Shown here: in pieces, positions 49,820 to 63,585 of the stretch
Layout: each line of letters begins with the position of its first letter
How positions within the stretch are numbered: the stretch's first letter is position 1
NCBI GenBank assembly: GCA_964199315.1
Contig: OZ116701.1
Location: 31,310,001-31,374,000, forward strand
Length of the DNA: 64,000 bases
Direction: 5' to 3'
DNA from: Orbicella franksi
Lineage: Eukaryota
The notes under the pieces: generated by a model
What the model saw: only the letters and a program-made list of their open reading frames with translations
Database searches by the model: none
Told to the model about the DNA's origin: nothing
Program-made: the position numbers and the translations under genes

Positions 49820-51583
49820 ATGTATGCCGATGCCACAGTCCTGTGTACTTTTGAACGTAACGCGTTTGGCGTGACCGCAGACTGTAAGTACAGTATCACT
49901 TGTTGGTTTTTAACCTGGGTTTTTAATGAACACCCCAATCTCTTGTACCGGAACTCGCGTTGCCTTTGTCTAGCAAAACAGGCCGTGACCGTTGGCCTAT
50001 TGAATTTGTGAATCAAAAAGTAATATTAACGATAAAATGACACTAAAAAATAACAAAAATTCCAAAACTAGCGACACCTCCCTGGTAGCGTGGGTGCCAA
50101 GTGTTCCCACATTTCGGGCTGACGAAAGCTCGGGCGAGAGCTGCGCTAAAAATTAGGGGGACAGGGAGGGGTTGTGACGTAGCCTGCGAAGCAGGCCGCT
50201 AAAGGGGAGGGAAAGGTTCAAAAGGAGCGCGGGAGTTTTGGGAGTTTTGGCTTCGCGCGCTTGTTTTTTCCCCCTTTCCCTCCCCTTCGACGCCTGCCAC
50301 GCAGGCTAGTTGCGACATCGATATGCAATGGCTTAGCCAGTTTTAGGGGCGTTGAGTTATATAGGGAGCAACGAGATGTACTCCCTGTCCGTAAGCACTC
50401 CGCAGTTTTCCCCTGACCAATCTTCGCACAGGCCTTTAACTGACCGAACGCCTGTGCAAGGTTTAGACTAGTTGTGCGCCCGAGAAAAACAAACAAACAA
50501 AGAAAACAAACCAAAAAAAAAAAAAAAAAAACAGTGGAGGCGGTCCTTCCAAAACACTCGACAAGTCATCCTCTAAGGTTTCCCTGCTTAATATTGTTTC
50601 TTTTACACAGACACCTTGCGGAAAGATGGAAAAGTCGGCGTGCTGAACAGTGAAAGGCTCTATTCAGAGACTGGCACTCAGAACAACATCACAGGCTACG
50701 CCTACATACCAGACCACGGGCAGCCAGGAAAGCTAAAAGTTCATCTTGACGGCGTACCAGTTGACGCGCCATGTAAGTGACAAGTCAATCGAGCTCTGAT
50801 CTCTAAAACTAACAAGTACATCCACACTTTTAGTCGATCCAACTTGAAAGAATAGGTTGAGTGTGATGCTCGACAGGCCCTTTGGTATGGGTGTTTCTAA
50901 CTTAGTTTGTCTTCTACTCTCTATTTTGTCTTGGGTTCGTCGAGATCGCAAGCTTAGCTAAATATTAATCCGACGCGTGGGATACACGCGCTAAACCGCC
51001 AGGGGCGGCCCCTCTCGCGCTCCGCGCTTGCATTGCTCGCGCACTGGAAGCCGAAAATAACTCGTAGCAAGGGCGTAGCCGGGATTTTTCAAACGGGGGG
51101 GTCACACTGTGTCAAAGTGAGGGTACTCACCAGATTGTCTTGTCGTCTTCGTCACCTGTTGTAGGTTGTGACCCCCCCTTTTTTAAGGCTTACAAAAGGG
51201 GGGTCACGGGCACCCCAGGACCTCCCCCCTGCCTACACCCGTAATTCGTAGCAAAAAATAAACGCATTTGTTTGAAACAGTGTCCACTTCTCTCAACAGA
51301 CTGGGTCGTGAAACTTGGTCCTCCCTCGTTCGGCGAGCCAGGTTTGTACCAGTACTCCGTGGTCACCGATAATTTCCAGGCCACCTTGTTTGTGCTGGCC
51401 AGGGATGTCGACACGTTTAGAAGCCAATATGACGCGGAAGTGAAAAGCTGGCTGGCAGAAAATGGTTTCACTTATCCCTGGAACAAGCCTATTGCTACAG
51501 TACAGGACGATGAATGCCTCTATTTGATGAAAAGAGCTTCTCCATATCAGACAATTAAAGAGTTCCTAAAACAGGAATATTGA
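49820..51583 (+). pseudogene. Lipocalin partial copy 3 (exons 49820-49883, 50611-50772, 51300-51583); no exon 1; frames and splice sites intact
   Basis: MYADATVLCTFERNAFGVTAD / YTLRKDGK... / YWVVKLGPP...KQEY*. Confidence 0.8.
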
Positions 51584-54500
51584 CTTGAAAAACTGGAGCA
51601 GATTAGATTTTGATGCCCGAGATTTTGAACGTTCCGTTTTACCTGCAAACTGTTAGACATTTCGTTATGATAGTTGTAAAAATGTTTTGGTTCATGACCT
51701 GTTAATTTAGATAGCAAAAGAAAAGAAATGAACAGATGTGAAATGAATTTCAAGGACAATAAAAGGCCTGAGAAGGAGTTGACTTGTGTTTGGTTGCGAG
51801 GGCAGCAGTTAACAGAGTTTATCTATCTATCGCGGGTTTCAATAAGTTTTTAACAGGACACGAGACACACGGGCAGAAAATCCGCACCTTGTTAAGCTGG
51901 GAAGGATGGTGGTGGTGGTGGTGGTGGTGTGGGGGGGGGGGGGGGGGGGAGGATTCTGGGGTGTGCAAACCCGGAAAATCTTGAAATTCTACCCTTGCAA
52001 TGATGGGTTTTCCCGCAATCTGGACCACAAAATCGGCACCGCTCAGTTACCTGCAAGAGAGGTGGATTTGCCCGTAATTTTGACACATTTAAAGTAGGCT
52101 CTTGTACAGAGCATTTGTTTTTTGCTCCGCAATTTGAAGATAAAAGAGAAATAATGCGTACTATAACCAGCAAAATCGTGGTTTTTGACTTAACTTATTC
52201 TGAAAACCGAACGAACAGATAGCAGACACTTGTTGAGCTGTAACACGCCCTCCCCCATCCCCCCCCCCGCCAACACACACCCCCACAAAGTCCTTATTTG
52301 GGTCGTCGCGCAATGCTTCTTGCGTGACTACCCAAGTACGGCAGTGTCGTCTTCTTCAAGATGTTGTATGACGTCGGAGAAAGTTGCCTTGTCAAGTATT
52401 CATTGAACTGTCTATGTTGGTTGTACTGAGTATCGGTGTCTCCACCGCCTATGCTCCAAAACCCGGTTTGACAACAGTGAACCGGTGTAACTAGCCCGAG
52501 GGCTGATGAGACCTCAACGACATGGATTTATACGGAACCTCCTTTGCTGGACGTTTTAAGACTCTACTCGAAGAATGGTCAGGGCAATGAGTAGAACAAA
52601 ACAGCATTTTCATGTTCAAGAATATATTTGTTATAGATAACCCTACATTGACTAAAAAGCGACAAAGGAGCGTAATACACATCAAGAAATTGCCTCGCGT
52701 TATATTTAACCACAATAGATTGAAATTCTAAAGGAAGAATATTTACAAAGGTAGAGACCGAGGCAAGAGCTCCATTTGAGTTTCAACAATAGTCATACAA
52801 CTAAGACAAGATATGAGACCAGTCACGCAAACCTTCTGCAGGTGTCTTACGGCCATTGACGAAAGTTGCGTGACTGGCAACGCTCAGAAGTCTGAATACT
52901 AACAAGCGTGACACCGATTAAAACGCAAACGAAATATGAAATTATCTGTGTATATTTTGAGTTTCCAAATCCACCTAACATAAATTAAATTGCGTTTCAA
53001 GCAGCGTCCACTGTTGAAACAGCCTGCTGCGCTGACGCTGTTCGGGCTCGTCACGCAATCTTCCTACTCTCCCCTCGTTGGGGGAAGAAGATTGCGTGAC
53101 GAGCTCAAAGATGTCTGCGTACAAGGTTACTCTTGTAATTACTTACTTCTTATCATTTTCACACGCAATTGAGATGGAATGAGGTTTTTGACTAGTGCGA
53201 ATTTGCGGCAATCATACAAAAACGAAGATTCGATTCTTACAGGCAATAAAAATGTACATCAATTGAAATAGAACAAAGGGTTTAATTTATTGCATCTACT
53301 TACTTACGGCTACTTTTAAAGTGCACTGACCCTTCACAGTAAAATGCAGCTGCCGAGACAAACGCTTGTGTGACTTGATGCTTTTAAGTCACGCAACCGT
53401 CTGTATCAGGGGTTTAAATGTAAAATAGTTGTTTCCCTGGCTTTTGCAAAAAATCACATCGTTTTCTGTTGATGGTTTACAAGAGCAAGAAAAAATAATT
53501 GTTTCTCACCGATGTCCATGTCGTTTTTTTTCTTTCTACATCGTGCACGTATAATTCAATAAGGCGACCAAGTTTTATCCCAAACTTGTCAAAGACGTTT
53601 GAATTCACAAAGCCGCAAACATTTCGATCCAAAAAATAAGAGCGCTTTTTCTTCTTCACTGTTTCTCGAGCTATAAACGATTTTTTTCGACTTGCGCTCC
53701 TTACCATCCGAAAACTCCCGGATTCAGATATATTTCTACACATTTCAGAGCAGGACGGTAGAGAAGCGTTGTTTAAAACAATTAAAAACAACCATCCGCA
53801 GGTTAACGAGGCAATCTCTGTTTACGAAGCGCACCAAAACACGCAGAGTGAGTCTAGATCAGGCTTTTCAGTTGTGAAATGTATGCGTCTCATTTACTCA
53901 GGAATTCTGCTATCTGTACAGCTCCCACGTACTTTCCCACAGAGGAGCATTTATCCCATTGTCCGCGCTCATGACGCAAACTGCGGCAGGTAATGGAACA
54001 ACTGAAAACTCCTTTAAGCTTCACTCGGCTTGCTTATCAAGCCTCTCTCCCGCTAACCCGTGACTTTCACGGACAGAGGACAGGAAAGAGCCCGGGACTA
54101 GCTTAAGATTACTAGTGTTTGCACGCAGTGTATTATGTGAACGACACAGATCTGCCTAGTGATAACACAAATAACAAAGAAAACATTTTCACCCCACTGG
54201 GATCGGGGCCATATCGGCGGCTATCTTTCATCTGCCCTCCATTAAAATTAAATAATTCCTATGGGTATTTACATGAACTTGTACACGTTTCGGTCATCTT
54301 GAATTTCTCAAACTCGTAGACATATGTCATTTGTATGTACCGTGGGGTTCTGTAGCAAATAAAAACCATCGAGCAACACTCGGCTTGCTTAACTAGCGCA
54401 AACCTTATGGTGCAAAAGAAACAAAATTCTCCGCCCTCCGTCAAAAGACAGACAGAAGATGTCCACATTCCTGAGGGGGTCGTGCGACCCATGAAGTTCT

Positions 54501-54643
54501 AAAAAACCCAAAACGTCTTTACTTAGTGGTTTTCTGCGCAGATGCATTGCTGGGGAAAGCATTTCGTATCCAAAATCGTTTCCAGTGATTTGTCCGTCCT
54601 CCACCGATTTCGCAAATCGCCGCATTCAAATCAAATTGTCTTG

Positions 54644-57600
54644 TCACAACTTCAGTTCGTTCGCAACCTTCGACGCGATGTTCTTGAAATTAATCGATGT
54701 GCCGGCGATGCGCTTGAAACGAACCCCGTTTAACGACAAGCGAGGGAGTTTGCACACTTCCATCTCCCACTGCACGTGATTTGCGTCGGCGGGATTGCCA
54801 TAGCAACAGAACAACAGGAAATTTTCGCGCTGTTCATAATCACAGTGATTCGTATCCAACACTTTCCTTATTTCTTCCATCATCTCTTGCGGGTCCATGG
54901 AACTCGTTGTCTTCATGCTCCACGTGAAACGAAGGGAGCGAGGTTTTTCACCCATTGACGTGTCGTTCATGGACCTGCCGTGCAAATAACAGTACATAAA
55001 GCATTAGCCATATCCTGAAACAAAACACAAACGAACAAACAAACAACACACAGATCGTGACGTTGAAGAGTGGTGTTCAATGTCCAAATGATAGACAGAT
55101 CATACTGATGACTTAACCGATAAGCGGCTACAATTTAAAAATTATCTGGCATCATTGAAACATGCAGACGGTAAGACTAATTAACCGATAAGCGCTTACA
55201 ATTTAAAAATTAACTGGCATCGTTGAAACATGCAGACGGTAAGACTAATTACGCAAACGTTTACCACGTTGAAAAACAATACTGAGTAACACTGAATATG
55301 GTGTCAAAAATATCCACTGAACCTATCAAGCACAGTTGTCCCATCCAAGTACATTTACAACAAGGACGCATACGCCATTGAACCAATCAAAAGCTAGATT
55401 CAGTTGGCTTGTATGAATGAAGTTTGTGCAGCCCTGGAACTCTGGAGTCGAACAAGCAAACACATCCGCCATTAAAACAATCACATCCTAGGTTTAGGTA
55501 TTGAATAGCATCTGAAATCAACTCTAGCGGCTGTTTGGTCGAAAGACGACTGAATTCAAACAACAAGGCGCCAACACCGTTGAACCAATCAAGTGCTAAG
55601 TTCAGTTCACCACGGTCCAGGGCGCATGCGCGAAAAGAGAAAAAATAACAGACTGGCACTAGCCAGAGATTGGTCCAACTGCGCAGGCGCAGATTTGCCA
55701 ACACCTGCCTTCTTTTGTGCTTTCTGAGCGAGAGCCTAGCAAATGTTCCTCGCAGAGATTTGCGCCTGGGGCTCGAACGGGCCTTTGGGTCCGGATACAC
55801 GGACTTTGCCCCGGATGAACTAGCTCCTCGGGCCCTTGAACGCAACAACACAGCTCGTCAGACCCCTCGCCATGTAAGCCACAATGAATTGTACACTGAC
55901 TTAGTAATAGCGGCAATAAGCCGTGACTTCCTTACACTGTGCTTTCAATGACAAAACAAACAGAATTCGAGTAGTGCTGGTGGCTACGGGGTGCAAACAA
56001 CAACAAATAAACTAAAATAATCAGAAGTGGAAACAGATTGCATGCATTACCCGAGCAGCGAGCAATGACACTAACTCTTGGCAAAAAAACTTCAATTCTA
56101 ACAGGTGAATCATTCAACGACTGACTATTTTGATCCTCTACTAGGTCCATCAAGCTTTCGGCTTTCGAAAAAGTGTTTTTACGTAGCTACTACTCTCTTA
56201 AAAAAAGGTCGAAAGCAGTGGAAGACAATCGGTTAGCTTTCGGCCATTCACGAAGTATAATGACTCGTTTCACTGCTAACGCCGACGCAGTGGACTCGCA
56301 TAATCAGGTGATGCATGCACTTGCAAAATACAATCGTGACAAATGGAAACAAACTGAAATAACAAAAACAATAAGTGCAAATTTCTGTTCATTAATAGCT
56401 GATGAAATCACATGTGGACTAATCTGAAATGGTCCCAAAAAGAGAAATCAGCAAGCCAACAGAACACAATATGGCGGAGTGGTGAGTGATCACGTGGGTG
56501 AGTGCAATAAAAGTGAGAAGCCAACGCACGGATACCACGCGACTCAAAATTGAAACGACTAAAAAATATGAAGACGTGAGACACAAAGACGACATGTATT
56601 AAATGAGCACGAAGTGTAAACCCAACAGTGCATGTTAAACAATGTTATACGGTGAGTCCCAGTCCTCAGTTAACCTGCCAAGTTATTACATCAAGAAATG
56701 AAAGAACTAGTCCACATCAGTTTTCATTAGATCAGCTATTAATCCAGTGTTATAGTACTCAATCGGCAGGTCTTACGCTCTGTATGTAAACACACTAACC
56801 TTAGTACGTTAAAAATCGTTGATTAAGCGTTATTACAATCAGAAGACCACACAAGAAAAAACGAATGTTATTTCACGTTGAAAAACCACAATGCAAAGAA
56901 GTCACGGCCAAAAAAAACAAAAACGTCCTTGAAACTTTCAAGGATCGTAACCATGCGCAATCAAATTAAACGAGTTTTCTCAGCGAAGGGTCTGGAGCTG
57001 ACGCGTTTCCAAGCTGCACTGTTCCATCCAGGAGCCAACCCAGAGAAGGTACCACATGACGTCACTTCGTGCGTAGCACTGAGGAATGCTGGGAAGTAAA
57101 ACAACTTACCGTGCCCCTCTCCCTGGGAGGGTTTTGTCACAAGGTGCTATAGGCGCCGGCTAGTGGAGTTTGAAACATGCTCTTTTTGTAACGTCATGCA
57201 GTAAAAAGCCTTCTCCGAGTTCCAAGCTTAACAAAGGCGGTCAGTTTAAGCAGTTTTTATTGAAAGATTTATCACGTATTTTATTTTTACTGTACCTAAG
57301 ACATGTTACATCCGTTCACGTTTAAATACAGCTTACAAGCTCTTTATCTAAAAACTAATTTCTGTTTAAATCTTTTTACTTGGCACCCTTGTTTAAGTTA
57401 AAAGCAAACTTTCAAAAAGAAATCAGGTTTCGCTAGCATACGAAATACGAAACCAATATGTAGTCCATGTTTAGACCAAAAACCTGGCCAAGATACATAA
57501 CGACATATTTAACGAAAGGCACAAAAGTTAAAATCACATAAATTGAATTAAATGACACAAGAAAACGAGTTATACAATCTGACATTTTATCATTCGAGGG

Positions 57601-60600
57601 CAAGTACTTGAAATATACCACTTATAGCACTTGCTGTTTCAAAACAAACTGATTGAGTTACACAATACACGACCATTTTTAAGACATTCATTCAGCAGGA
57701 TATTAACTTTATTTGCTTTATTGAATTATCATGAAACGAAAACAAAGTTTTGATTAGTTATCCTGGCACGGAACAGTACAACTTCCTGATTTTAAATTCA
57801 GCCAAAGAAGCAAACTATGATAAAGTAACGAGTTCAACATCAACGTTGGAGTTGACAAGGTAACGCCTTCCTTCGCAGCAGATGTTTTGAGCGACAGCCT
57901 CACTCAAAACATCAACTACACAAATCTAAGGCCAGGGTTCATCTACCATATCAACTCCAAGTTGACGACTCACTGCGTTTTTCCCGCCGTTGCAGCACAA
58001 TTCTCTTTCCTGATTCAGCTTTTGAAATATATTTGGCGCTGAATACAAGGCGCATTTGTACCGTGGTCTGAACATTACATGTTGTCTGATGTCGTCAAGA
58101 AAGGCTTTGCGTATGAATTGCAAAAATTAAAAGCGCCATTAAGTGGTCCAGAGAGAACGTTTACGTCTGCATGTACGGACGATGTGGACAGAAATAAGTT
58201 CAATGATTTATTGTTTTTGGATATTTTTCAGTTACAAACCCACGCACCCCTAACTGCTGTACCCCAAATTCACGCGTCCCCATCCCTCCCTTCTCGATCG
58301 TCCCCTTGCACGTACAACAATTAACAGAAAGAACATTTCATAAAGTCATTTTCCCTCGCCTTAACCACCCCTCCCCCAGATTTTCTGAAAATGACGCTCA
58401 TCTGGTTTTCTTTGAAAACGCTAAATACCTTCTGTACACACAGAATTCAACTATTCACTTCAATAACTCAAGCCTGTTTTTAGTTCTGAAAATCACTAAA
58501 AACAAACTGAAAACAACTGCTTGGATGATAAACGCCACTTTCGTCAAATTTCAAGCCAGACTGTTTTTCGAGACTCTATAGTGTAGACAAAGCTTCAAGA
58601 TACTAATTAACCATTTCAGTAAGGACAGACGGGAGCTGTTCACCTATACACTGCATCACCTCACACCAGATACACAGAAGACAGTCAAAAGCAATAACAT
58701 AAGAGTTAAGCTCTCTTCTAAATAGAAATGACTAGCATACTGACTTCACTCATTACGACGTAACCCCGACTAATGCAAGGTAGTGTACAGTAAGACTCGA
58801 CTAACCCTTGTCCACTGCCTCCTATGCTCCCTCGGGATACCTCTCTTGGTTCTCTTGGCGACAAAGCTTGTTCCATAGGTCTACGGAGAAACCATCATGT
58901 TAGCAGAGAGCTGTGACAAAGTTAGCAGTCTCTTTCCTCCCTTGCACAGTGACATTTTACTGTACATTATTGTACAAGGGAAGGAAAACAAACAGTAGAA
59001 AAACAACAATGAATAAATGTGCAGTGAGTGTAGAGAAAAGATTTGTGACACAAATACCAAACTATGCTCTCAACAATACAGTACAAACCCACCTATAAGA
59101 ACCTGGATTTTTCAAAATTAGCCTAAACAGGTAATTTTGTATGTAGTGCCTAATGGGATTGTTGCTGCTCCAAATGGGTTTAGTGTTCTCTTGTTTGAAA
59201 AACATGTTCAGGTAATTATGTCAGAAAGGTAAGATTTATTTCAGGTGTTTTTTTGCGTTCAATGCAGTGCAACTTATTTCCCAAATAAGAACCTATACTA
59301 CAGCTAAAGCTCAGATTCTTATTAAGTCTCCTTACGAACCAAGTGGCCCATCAGGCCAGAGCTTATCCCAGTTTCTGCAGCATGAAGCGACTAGGAGTTT
59401 TTCTACTCTCCCCCCGCCCCCTTACCCCATGGATGGGGTGCTAGTCCATCGCAAAGTTACCCCCAGCATTGACCCCTCGATCTGGAGACAAGCGCACTAA
59501 CCATGTGCCACTGCGCCTCCCATAAAATGGTAGTTGTAAGGGCGATCTTTTAGCCTACAGGTTTGTAAACACCAGATTCTTATTGGTGGGTTTTAACTCT
59601 AATTACCCAGGGCACTGTTTCACACCACAGAAGGCTTGCAGCATAATGCTTAAATATTGCAGTTTGTGTAGTAAAGCCAGCAGTTTATTTATGTTAACAC
59701 AAATTTAGATAAATTCTAAACTTCATTGATTACTTTTAACATCTTTTAAATTAATTTTCATTGACATTATTTTAATGAGAGGCATACAAGAGAGAGGTTT
59801 ACTTTTACATTTAAGATATCCAGCAGAAAATTAGCATAATTTAATGTCTATAAACAGGATAAAAACGAGTTTAACAAGTTACTGTCAACTGACCGTTGTC
59901 CTTGGGGACCTGGCCTTGGTGCCACTGTGGGGTCCAACTGCCGACTAAGAAGTTACATGGGGTTAACTATCTCACCCCATCAACAGCAATGATACGTTGA
60001 TACAATTTACTAATACACTTTACTTGTCTTTCAATTCCAAACCAGAGCATTCAGATTTTGGGGTTTTGAAGTAGGAAACAGGTCTGCTTGTACAGTAAAC
60101 AGGGTTACTGACGAGCAGCACTGTTTCATAAACAAACCGTTTCATTTTATAGAATTAACACTGAAAAGGCAGTTGTTTGTTGTAAACACACTATCAATGG
60201 CACATTATGTTGATTTAATTCGATCTGCAGTGTCTATTTGGATACAACTCGTTAAAATTAATTGTTTACAATAACTTACACGTAGCTCCCACTGACTTGA
60301 ACACAACCAAAAAATTTAACCAGTTAATATCATTGTTTAGAGCCAAAGAAGAGCTGTTACAAACACGTATGAAGAAATTTTGATTGTATTTTGACAAAGT
60401 ATTCAGACAAACAATTTACAATAACTTAGAATTCACAATCACTGGAAAAAAAAAACAAGGCTTTCGTCAGTCTCCAAAATATGGAACCCACACAAAAGCC
60501 ATCTACATCCATGAACAATGAATAAAACAAGTTACAATGAAATACAATCAGATGAGAGACAAACTGCAACTGCTGGACTTGATTAGAAACTACTAGTGGG

Positions 60601-63585
60601 GTTTGAAGTTCTTTGGATTGTCTCGCTGCATCCACATTTGAACAAAACATTTCCATAAAGTAGTAGGTTTTATCACTTTTGCCTGTGTTTTATCATTCCC
60701 GAAAACTCATGATCCTTCTGATCACCAACAAGAATCACAACATCTAGCTTGGTTTAATTTTTTGAGCAGACAGATTGCTTATTTTCAATTGTTGGCCAAT
60801 CTGACTTGAGTGGAAAAAACCCTAAGTCTGAGCAGAAGTCTGTGAATTGTTGACCTGTAAACGCACACGTATTTCACGCTGTCGCTTGTCGGCTAGTGAA
60901 CTGTGGACTAGACACAGCCAAAGATCATGACTCTTGACAGTAACCGAAAAGGATTGTGACCTATGGGGATAACAACAGTGTTCTATTTGCTTCATGTTTA
61001 CTAAACACTGTCACTGTTTCCAACATCATACATGTATTTTTTGAAAGTTGATAAGTGAGAAATTTGTATTTTATGAAACAATCCACAAAGAGAGTATAAT
61101 TTTTGGTAGTAATACATACCTCTTACTAAATCTGGACGTAAGCTTACTAAGAAGTGAGGGTCTCCCACCAGGGCCCAAAGGATCGTTAGCTCTCTCGGGC
61201 CCATTTTGGGTGCGAGGTCGCGTCTGACCGCTATGGAAAGTACTCCGTGCTGTCATGTTTCTAGTTCCAAGCCGCGACGGTGGAGGTTGAACTTCAGAGT
61301 TGGGATTTGTCCTCCTGGAAGAAACAAATGGTGATAATAAAAATTAAAGGACAGAAATAAGTACAAGGAAAAATATCAAGTTAATTTCAAAGTTGCCTTG
61401 TCATAAGAAGTACAGAAATGTACTTCTGGAAAACAATACGAAAATCAAAAGTGGAGTAGTAATGTTCATTCAAAACTACACCGGTGACCCATATAAAATA
61501 CACGTACAATGTGAGATGATATTGGATGCAAGAAAAAGATTAAGTTTCAGCACTTTTACCCAAACTTAAAGTTGCACAAATGAATGCATGTCGGAAAGAA
61601 TTTTTAACAGCAGCAGTAAAGAAAAACATGCAGTTCAATTTTCAGCTGACATTAGCAAGTCATTGCCATTAAATTCCATAGTAAAAACTGACAATGAGGA
61701 ACATGTACCAAAGTTGAAAAAGCAATATTTTAAAAAAGTAAATTTATACCTTGAGCAACAATGGATAGTAATGACTATGGCTGGTGGATAGGATGTGGAA
61801 ATAAATCAATCTGAATCACACCTCCAAGATGTGGTATTCTTATCTTTTTTTTTTTTTTTTTTTGACAAAAAATGAATTTTAGAGAGGTACTGAATAGCCA
61901 CCTGTTTTCACCCACTCATTCCTCATAAAAGATTTCCATGATTCAATCCAAAACTTCAATTTGGACGACAAATGTCTACAAAGATCTGTACATTGTCTCT
62001 AACAGGCTGTTGATTGCTCTTGAGTCTCTGTGCACAACAATCAATCCAGACCCACAACAAATCTCTGTTGAGCTGCAATACTGTCAGTGTTGTTTTCTTT
62101 GGGTTGAATCACAGATGAATCTTTCACAAGGAAATAGCAGACTGCACAAAGTGGCTATCAGTCAGGAGGAATATTGCATGGTGACCAAATAACGCTGACT
62201 TGAAACAGGGCAACAATACTGTGCTTGTCATGGATCACTCTTTGAAACTAAAGTAATTACGGACAGAGCACACTCACCCGGCTCTATGCCTATTTTCCTG
62301 GTGAATAGCAACTGGTGGAAGAGATCTACGTGTGGGTGATAACCTGTTACCAAGATCTGGTGGAGGTTGCTTAGAAGTGGGTCTGCCAGCACCCACGCTA
62401 CTGCCACTAGGGCCGGGTTCTGTTGCACTAATAGAAAGGCAGAGAAACGAAAAGATAAGAGATTGAGTTCTTTGGAAGAGCTTTGCAGATTTACCCAAGT
62501 TTACAAGAGAGAGGACACCAGTATTATAAGAAGCAAGAAGACATTCTAAAGGAAGAAGTTATAACAAAGATGCTAGAGGTTTGCATTTGCAATGGCACAT
62601 GTACAAATGTAATAATGCACATGCTGTAGTGTTTGAATGTCTTGTTGATTACTTTTCTTCCCTACTGCACTTACTATAACTTTCATACTTTTCATTCTGG
62701 CCTTTTACCATTCTTAAAACCCAAATGTGGAACTGCAGCACTGACTTGGCAGACTGACATATATGTGTAACTACAACATCAAGACAAAACTACCGCAGCA
62801 TATATGGTGGGGTATTTATGCCGTTTTAAATGTTGGTCACAAACCTTTCTCCTTTCCCATTTGCCTGACTTGATGGTGTTTGTGATGTGCTGTTCCTCTC
62901 TTCCGCCCGTTTCTCCCCATAAACATATGTGTTTCTTCTGATAATTCCTGGTGGCATACTGTGTTGCTAAATAACATGATAAGTTCAAATCAGCATATTG
63001 ACCACCACAGCTTCAGGTATCAATGCTTATTAACAAGTGAACTGTGCAAGCTCTGCGCAAGCTGAAGGCTCCTATACTGTAGACTGGTACTTGGCGAGGA
63101 GTAAAGCTCTGAGCCATTTGTCAAAGTCAGAAGAAACCAAGATTGAGCAGTAAAATTAGTTTACCATATTGATAAAACCACTTTTCAGAAATAGCAGGGA
63201 TTTCATCCAAATGGTGATCTAGGGTCCTGAGCGGTCAATCAAATCACCAGTTTGCCAATATCAGACACTGGCAATGCTTCTACCTCTTAATTGTCATTTT
63301 GAAGTCGGTAAGAAATTGTAACATTACAGATTTACTGTAAGGACAACAAAGATTTTAACCATTCTTGTAGAACTAACCCTTTGCGTCTTTCCTCTTCGAT
63401 TTCTATCTGCTGCACGTTCAGGTATTTCGGCCTTGTTAGGATTGGAAGCTCGTCCAATAGATGACGGCACTCGCTCGTCGTTGGGAACGGCGTTCTTTAT
63501 CACACCACCTCTTTCCCGATCCCGCTCTCCTCTGCCCATAGGTTTTGCTTGACTTGATACTGTTCCACCTGCTTCAGTAGCAGCT
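54644..63585 (-). CDS. MARK: MARK/Par-1 kinase, 3' part (kinase domain outside the window); exons 63585-63378, 62966-62845, 62427-62278, 61314-61120, 58880-58806, 55834-55709, 54974-54644
   Basis: Motifs [24 protein letters not shown]...LLSKLTSRF and a complete KA1 domain ([19 protein letters not shown]...[13 protein letters not shown]...ELKL*). Phases are consistent. The 58.8 kb and 55.8 kb exons are less certain. Confidence 0.88.
55111..55250 (+). repeat. ~68-bp tandem duplication private to unit 3
   Basis: taaccgataagcg...gacggtaagactaat occurs twice in succession; once in units 1 and 2. Confidence 0.85.
59325..59523 (-). mobile_element. tRNA-derived SINE in a MARK intron (internally deleted)
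   Basis: Minus strand begins tgggaggcgcagtggcacatggttagtgcgcttgtctccagatcgag, the same family as 15527. Confidence 0.7.

Larger units (their letters stand above)
38133..55270. repeat. Tandem triplication: units 38133-43975, 43989-49196, 49210-55270
   Basis: Near-identical ORFs recur three times; both junctions carry the same 13-nt filler agtggtacttttg. Confidence 0.95.

Noticed and set aside
54975-55016. KA1 ORF start MYCYLHG, or an acceptor at tttcag near 55016
   Set aside because: An in-frame TAA lies upstream; the acceptor ttatttgcacggcag at 54975 fits phase 2 of the upstream exons.
63017-63300. An extra MARK exon between 63378 and 62966
   Set aside because: Not needed: the acceptor at 62967 gives a phase-0 junction, and the candidate segments contain stops.
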